Positions 58,625 to 64,000 of a DNA stretch of 64,000 nt are shown in pieces. The stretch is from Gammaproteobacteria bacterium. Lineage in GTDB: Bacteria > Pseudomonadota > Gammaproteobacteria > Steroidobacterales > Foliamicaceae. The translations under genes were made by a program, and so were the position numbers. Positions within the stretch are counted from its first letter, which is position 1. Every line of letters begins with the position of its first letter. The notes under the pieces are model-generated. The model made no database searches and was not told the DNA's origin. It saw only the letters and a list, made by a program, of their open reading frames with translations. The stretch is taken from positions 184,860 through 248,859 of the forward strand of contig OZ243929.1 in NCBI GenBank assembly GCA_965213995.1, read 5' to 3'.

Positions 58625-60691
58625 TCAATGGCCGAAGAACTGCGTGACTGGATCACGGCCCGGAACGGATTGCACTTCGACCGCTTTCGCGGATGCGCGG
58701 GAGGATGCGGGGGCGGCGCAACGGCCGGTCTCGATCAGGCGCAAGGCCGCCGCGATTCGACTCTCCCTAGCGTCGCCGAGCCGGCGGCTGCGGTCGTCCG
58801 GCGCCTCGCAGCCCGGAGTGACCGGGATGCCGTCGTAGTAACCCTCGAAACCTTTGGAGTTGACGGTGGCGAAGGAGGCCGGCCACAGAACCCCTAGCCC
58901 TGAGGATCGATCGAGCGGATCGGCTAGGCAGAAGTTGAAGCCGTACTGTCCCACTGGCTTGCCGTAGGTGCGCTCGCCCACAAGAGACACGTTCTCAAAC
59001 GGCTGAAGCGCGGTAATGACCAGCTCGCTAGCGGATGCCGAACGCTGGCTGGTGATGAACACCACATTCTCCAGATCCCGCAGCGACGACTCGGCCTCGC
59101 ATTTCGCGACTAGGACGGGCGCCCCGTAAGCGCCGCATCCAAAGTGCGTTGTCTCGTTCCATCCGTTGCGCGCCAGAAGACGATTGTGAATCATCCTTGA
59201 CAGCACGATTCGCGGCGGGTTTTCAAACAGTTCCGGGCCGCCGATAAGCGTGGCCAAGCCATGCGCAATAGGCACGCTGCCGCCGCCGTTGTAGCGCAGA
59301 TCAACGATCAGATGGCGTACGCCCTCGGACTTGAATCCGGCGAATTCCTCAAGCAAGCGCTCGTTCGCATCGCCGAAAAAGGTTCTGAAGTGAAGATAGC
59401 CCGCCTTGCCCGCATCCGTTTCAAACACGGCGACATGATCCTCTGGAACCGTTCGGATGTCCACTAGGCGCTTGACCATGGAGTACGTCCGGTCAGCGCC
59501 CAAAAGCGTCTCCACCTCCACATCGAGCTTGAACCCTTCCTCTTTGGGCCCCAGCTCCAGCTGGATCTGCTCAAAATCGAGGCTATCCACCGCCTTGCCG
59601 TTCAGAGCCAGAATCTTGTCGCCCCGCGCGAGACCCGCTTCGCCGGCCGGAGAGCCCTCGTACACATCCAAGATCTCCAAGTGAAGCGGCTCCTGCGATT
59701 CGTCAACAGCCACTTCCATGATAAATCCGAAGATATACATCGCAGCCTCGAACAGCATGTCCGATTCCTCCCGCGTCAGCCAGTAGGTGAAACCGCGGTC
59801 ATGCGTGTCGGGCTTCCAGCGAATCTCGTCCAAAAGCGCGTCCAAGGTGCTGAAATCATCCAGGGAAATGCCATCGTAGGTGGCCTGCTGCTCCGGCTCG
59901 TCGTTGAAGTAATAAACATCCTTGAGAAGATCGAACACTTCCTCGCGGGCCTCGGAGTAGGCGCAGGCGCTGGCGCCGAACCACTTCTGGGCGAGGTCCA
60001 GCGATTGCGGCGAGTTCGATGCCTGCTCCGCCTCCACGACCACCTGAAGCTCCCGGTCCTCGCCGCCGTTCAGGGCATAGCGGACCACGATTTCGCCGGA
60101 GTCGGTGCCCGAGCCGCCGCTCTCGATATAGGCCCAGTCCTGATCTTCGGACAGGCTGGCGGTCCATTGCAGTGCGCCGTGGCCGGCATTGCGGACCTGC
60201 AAGCTGATGCTGCCGCCATCGCCTTCGAGCTCCGTTCGCGCGGCTGTCAGACCAATGGCCGGCGGCGCCTCCGGCTGGCTCACCCGGACAGTGGCAGAGG
60301 CTGCGCTGTTGCCCGTCACCGTGAGATCGAATTCGCGCGCAGCCCCCGAATTGGCATCAATTTCGATCCGCACGGTTCCTGAGTTGGTGCCATTGGTTCC
60401 GCTTGAAATGCGCGCCCAACCAACCGTTGCAGGGATGGCGGCCGTCCATCTCAGTGTGCCGCCGCCGCCATTGAAAACGCCCAGCGAAGCACTCCCGCCG
60501 CCCACTTCCGCGCTGATGCGGGCCGCAGACAGACTAATGCTAGGCGGCGCCTCGCCGAACCCTCCGGAGCCGCCGCATGCGGCGATCAGAACAGCCAAGG
60601 CGACGGGAAAAACCGAAACCCGCGAAAATGAAACAAGGCTAACAGGCCTCATCAGCGCAATACTCCTCACGATCCGGCGCCAATTTATCAT
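58625..60691 (-). CDS. S41 peptidase lipoprotein with BACON-like and PDZ domains (start uncertain)
   Basis: LIAAC lipobox; two W...SG.SG..SG repeats; GSPA..AGL.RGD; DLRYNGGG, SASASE, TYGK. Confidence 0.88.
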   Translation of the reverse strand: MINWRRIVRSIALMRPVSLVSFSRVSVFPVALAVLIAACGGSGGFGEAPPSISLSAARISAEVGGGSASLGVFNGGGGTLRWTAAIPATVGWARISSGTNGTNSGTVRIEIDANSGAAREFDLTVTGNSAASATVRVSQPEAPPAIGLTAARTELEGDGGSISLQVRNAGHGALQWTASLSEDQDWAYIESGGSGTDSGEIVVRYALNGGEDRELQVVVEAEQASNSPQSLDLAQKWFGASACAYSEAREEVFDLLKDVYYFNDEPEQQATYDGISLDDFSTLDALLDEIRWKPDTHDRGFTYWLTREESDMLFEAAMYIFGFIMEVAVDESQEPLHLEILDVYEGSPAGEAGLARGDKILALNGKAVDSLDFEQIQLELGPKEEGFKLDVEVETLLGADRTYSMVKRLVDIRTVPEDHVAVFETDAGKAGYLHFRTFFGDANERLLEEFAGFKSEGVRHLIVDLRYNGGGSVPIAHGLATLIGGPELFENPPRIVLSRMIHNRLLARNGWNETTHFGCGAYGAPVLVAKCEAESSLRDLENVVFITSQRSASASELVITALQPFENVSLVGERTYGKPVGQYGFNFCLADPLDRSSGLGVLWPASFATVNSKGFEGYYDGIPVTPGCEAPDDRSRRLGDARESRIAAALRLIETGRCAAPASSRASAKAVEVQSVPGRDPVTQFFGH

Positions 60692-61047
60692 GCCGGCACC
60701 CGTTCGACTAATGCCGCGCGGTGCCCTTTCGCGGGCGCATGGAAACTGCTGGAACCTTCCCCGTGCGCCCGAACTGGCCTTTTGCTCAACCAAGCCACCG
60801 GGAAAGGAGTGGTGGTATTATCAAAATGGCTAAAGTGCCGGGGTCAATGTCGCTTCCCCGTCAGCCGCCGCAGCGCATTTGCGGTTTGCCTAAGGTCGGC
60901 CAAAAACAGGACACTTAAAGACCATGAGCAATAAAGTCGAAGCGGAGCGCAGCAAGGCCGCGCCTTTCATTCCGGCGGACACCGACTCCGCCGGTTTCGA
61001 CCTCAACGAGGAAGGGCCGGTCGCCTTGCCGCGCTTCGGCGTGATGA

Positions 61048-61908
61048 ATGCCGCCAAGCCGGCTTAGCGGAAGCGCGCCAAAAGCGCGCGGCAGGCTGAC
61101 CCGCCGGCAAACGCTCGTTGGGGCGGGAGCCGCGCTGATGGCCTCTGCCGCCGGAACCCAAGCGAAAGCCGCCGGAGAACCGAAAACTTTCATCCTCGTC
61201 CACGGCACTTGGCTGGGCGGCTGGAGCTGGCAATACGTGCGCCGCATTCTGGAGCGGGCCGGCCACGACGTTTACGCGCCTTCGCTGACCGGCTGCGGCG
61301 ACCGCTCCCATATGAGCAGCCCGGACGTGGGCCTCGCCACCCATATCCAAGATATCGTCAGCATCATCGACTTCGAGAGCCTGGGCAACGTGATTCTGGT
61401 GGGGCATTCCTTCGCCGGCATGGTCATCACCGGGGTGGCGGACGCCATGCGCGACCGCATCCGCCGCATCGTCTTCTTCGATGCGCTGGTCCCGGCAGGC
61501 AACCGCATGAGCGGCGTGCCCCGAACGCCCGAAGGCGAACTGTCCGAATACTTCGTCAAGCGCATGGAGAAATTCGTGGACGGCTACCGGATGAGCTTCT
61601 TCGATTCCTATCCGATGGAGATGCTGGCGCCGGACAGCGAAACGGAGATACAGGCGCTTTTGAAGGAAAAGATCACGCTCCATCCCATGCGCGCCTGGAG
61701 CGATGAGCTGGAGCTAAAAAACGGCGGCTGGGAAGGCCTGCCGCGCACCTACATCCATTGCGTAGGCCAGCAATACTCCATGACCAGCGAGCGCATGGTG
61801 GGGCCGGCCCGCGGCCCCGGATGGCAATTCATCGAGCTCGACATCCCCCGCGCCGGCATGCTCACGCACCCGCAACTGGTGGCCGAAACCTTCGCCAGCC
61901 TGACCTGA
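61048..61908 (+). CDS. Tat-exported alpha/beta hydrolase-fold protein (SABP2/MES-like)
   Basis: TRRQTL signal; LVHGTW.GGW.W; GHSFAG. Confidence 0.85.
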   Translation: MPPSRLSGSAPKARGRLTRRQTLVGAGAALMASAAGTQAKAAGEPKTFILVHGTWLGGWSWQYVRRILERAGHDVYAPSLTGCGDRSHMSSPDVGLATHIQDIVSIIDFESLGNVILVGHSFAGMVITGVADAMRDRIRRIVFFDALVPAGNRMSGVPRTPEGELSEYFVKRMEKFVDGYRMSFFDSYPMEMLAPDSETEIQALLKEKITLHPMRAWSDELELKNGGWEGLPRTYIHCVGQQYSMTSERMVGPARGPGWQFIELDIPRAGMLTHPQLVAETFASLT

Positions 61909-62225
61909 TACGCTGCCGTTGCGCCTGACGCGGCGCCTCCTTAGCCCCGAGGCCCAGCCCGCTAAGGCGATGACGCATTGAAGGAGTCAGGGCGCGATCA
62001 ACCGCGAGATCGCCCGCAACAGTGGCCGGTGCGGCTGTCGGCCCCTGCCCCGGCATTGCCGAACGATGCCGTCTATAATGGCGGCAAGTTGAAATTGTCA
62101 CCGTTTCCGGTCCGACCTGGTGCTTCGACATCCGTATTTCGCGCCTGTCCGTCCCTGAAGGCTATGCCTTCCAAGGACAGACAGGCGCAGTGTCGCGCTT
62201 CGGAGTGGAACTGGAGGAAAGAAAA

Positions 62226-62831
62226 ATGAACAAATTACATAACTCGCCTCTCAGCATGAAATCAGCAACCCTGTTACTGCTTGCAGTAGTGGCGTTGCCG
62301 GCAACTGCGGAGAACTATTGCGGGCTCCAAAACATCAAGATGTCCGCGGCGACCACCGCCAATCCCGCTGGCTCACTCAGGCAGACGATAAATGAAGGCG
62401 CGGGTTTGATGGACCAATGGTTTCAATTTGAGCTGAAGGGATCGTGCGCATTTCCACCCAAGAGAGAGAAACCAACAGATTTAGGCCCGGAAAGAGAAAC
62501 GATATTCGGCATTGTGAGAGATACGATATTCACGTCGGTCTTTTACGACCTTGACTTCTGCTTTCAAGTGGATCAGACCGCTGGCGAAATGGTTGTAATG
62601 ACCAATACGTCTGCCAATCCGGCACCAAGAATATTTGAAAATGAACAGCCGGTTTGCGCTAAATTCGACAAACTGCAGGCCAAGACTCAGAAGGTCAAGG
62701 TATATGTTCAGCCCAAAAACAACGAATGTAAAGACAGTAGATATATGAACAGGATCATCGCCTCAATGTCCAACCCCTTCGGCTATGCGTTTTTCGAGAT
62801 CATCGACGATGATGCAGCAGCGTGCGACTAA
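62226..62831 (+). CDS. Secreted hypothetical protein, Calx-beta-like ends, 6 Cys
   Basis: GGAGG RBS; signal peptide; TINEG..., FEIIDDD; lower GC than neighbours. Confidence 0.6.
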   Translation: MNKLHNSPLSMKSATLLLLAVVALPATAENYCGLQNIKMSAATTANPAGSLRQTINEGAGLMDQWFQFELKGSCAFPPKREKPTDLGPERETIFGIVRDTIFTSVFYDLDFCFQVDQTAGEMVVMTNTSANPAPRIFENEQPVCAKFDKLQAKTQKVKVYVQPKNNECKDSRYMNRIIASMSNPFGYAFFEIIDDDAAACD

Positions 62832-62974
62832 TTCGTTCGTATTGAAAACGCCAGCGCAAACAATTCATGGCATCGTTTAACACCATGTCGCGGTGAAGTC
62901 CGTGAAATTGTTTGCGATGGTGCTCAATTCACAAGAATTAGAATATCGAAATGAACAGTGAAAGGCTTCCGGCA

Positions 62975-63434
62975 GCGCTTCGTCGCCGCTGTAGCGAAGC
63001 TGCCGGGTAACGGTGAAGCGGTTCCGCTCGAATCTTTCGCAGGCCTGTGCGTTTCCCGGCGACGGCGTTCCGTAGAAGAGCGCAAGGTCGTGCTCACCGT
63101 GGCGGATTCCGTGCCGGAGCACATCGATCACGCCCCGCTTCGTGATTTCGCCCTGAAGCCTGGCGAGAAACTTGCGCCGGGCCGGACTGTCGCCATCAAG
63201 CGCCAAAGCCTCCGCAACCTCGGGCTGGGTCGCGCGAAAAAACACCGCGAGTTGTGCGAGATCGACGCAGTATTCGCGGTCGTAATCCCGATAACTGCCG
63301 CAACTCCAGCCAACGCCGCCGTATCCGGCCGCCTGCTCCCGAACCTCGCCAGCCTTCGGCGGGGTGCAGGCCTCCCCCGCCAGCACCGTGCAGATCAAGC
63401 TTTCAAGGCCATACTCTGATGTGTCGGTGGTCAC
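62975..63434 (-). pseudogene. hsdR: Type I restriction subunit HsdR, N-terminal fragment only
   Basis: TDTSE.GLE, RGVIDVLRHG, NRFTVTRQLRYS, then unrelated AT-rich sequence and stop at 62877. Confidence 0.8.
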
Positions 63435-63449
63435 GATTCGTGCTCGCCA

Positions 63450-63769
63450 CTCAGATCGAGACTTCCAGAACCTGACCTAGCTCGACCTCTTGGATGGCTG
63501 CGCGAATCTCCTTCGTTCGATAATGCGCGCACGGCCCATACTGTAGCTATCAGCACGACAATGCCGATCCGCCGGCCCGCCAAATTCTGTTGGTGCCGCA
63601 AGCTTTGATCGATCGTCACGAGAACTTCGTACCCTGCCCTCTCGGCAAGTTCAAGCAACTCGCCGTTGTCTTTTTCCGACCAACCTTTCTCCGCCAGCGT
63701 ATCCACGGAATGCTCCGGAAGGTGCCGCCGGAGGGGCGCCGGAGTCCCGTGGTCAAATAGGATTTTCAT
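63450..63769 (-). pseudogene. DUF5615-like PIN toxin with a C-terminal frameshift
   Basis: MKILFDHG...NGELL..AE...VTIDQ; removing one G near 63535 restores WP...EIRAAIQEVELGQVLEVSI-stop. Confidence 0.7.
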
Positions 63770-63993
63770 GCTTCGACGGGTGTCTTGAGGGATTCGGTTT
63801 CGTGTTTGAGGACAGCGGCCACCTGCCACGCCTGCACCTCGGGATACCACTCAAGAAAGTCCTTCACGGTGGCTCCGCTCTCAAGGTTCTCGAAAAGGGC
63901 GTACACCGGCACCCGGGTTCCCCTAAAGGCCCAGTCGCCGCTGATCTTCCGGGGATTGCGTTCCACCGCCGGGAAGTTCGTCCAGTGGGTCAT
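63766..63993 (-). CDS. DUF433 antitoxin
   Basis: P...SG...FRGTRVPV..LFENLE.G....FL..YP; ATGA overlap with PIN gene. Confidence 0.9.
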   Translation of the reverse strand: MTHWTNFPAVERNPRKISGDWAFRGTRVPVYALFENLESGATVKDFLEWYPEVQAWQVAAVLKHETESLKTPVEA

Positions 63994-64000
63994 GGGTTTG

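Noticed and set aside
60924-61067. 47-aa ORF MSNKVEAERS... upstream of the hydrolase
   Set aside because: No RBS or motif support
1-64000. matS or Ter sites expected near a terminus
   Set aside because: No GTGACRNYGTCAC or Tus-Ter consensus noticed in a by-eye, non-exhaustive scan

Overview
GC-rich chromosomal segment of a gammaproteobacterium; host association (e.g. a marine invertebrate) is only an inference from gene content and pseudogene load. The window spans the replication terminus: a XerC/D dif site lies at 27423-27450 and KOPS octamers (GGGNAGGG) switch strand across it. Core genes: AddAB-like repair pair, T2SS gspG-M, fabG-acpP-fabF-mltG-tmk-holB-pilZ, a cfa/DUF1365/FAD-oxidoreductase/desaturase lipid cluster, ccmA-I, sarcosine oxidase soxBDAG, pgsA with tRNA-Gly/Cys/Leu, uvrC, class II DAHP synthase, nfeD-SPFH. 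Less obvious structure: (1) a 227-nt group I intron in the tRNA-Leu(UAA) anticodon; (2) a non-autonomous MITE-like family with 16-bp ends (CCCGCATATTGCRCCA), YTAR flanks and an internal hairpin whose arms covary, one copy of which encloses a secreted-protein gene whose promoter has a G17 tract between -35 and -10; (3) sharp 70-90 bp AT-rich islets inside otherwise GC-rich genes; (4) five nuclease/toxin genes broken while neighbouring methylases and antitoxins are intact; (5) several genes that appear to be transcribed as leaderless mRNAs. No CRISPR array, transposase, integrase or reverse transcriptase was found. All motif counts are by eye and not exhaustive.
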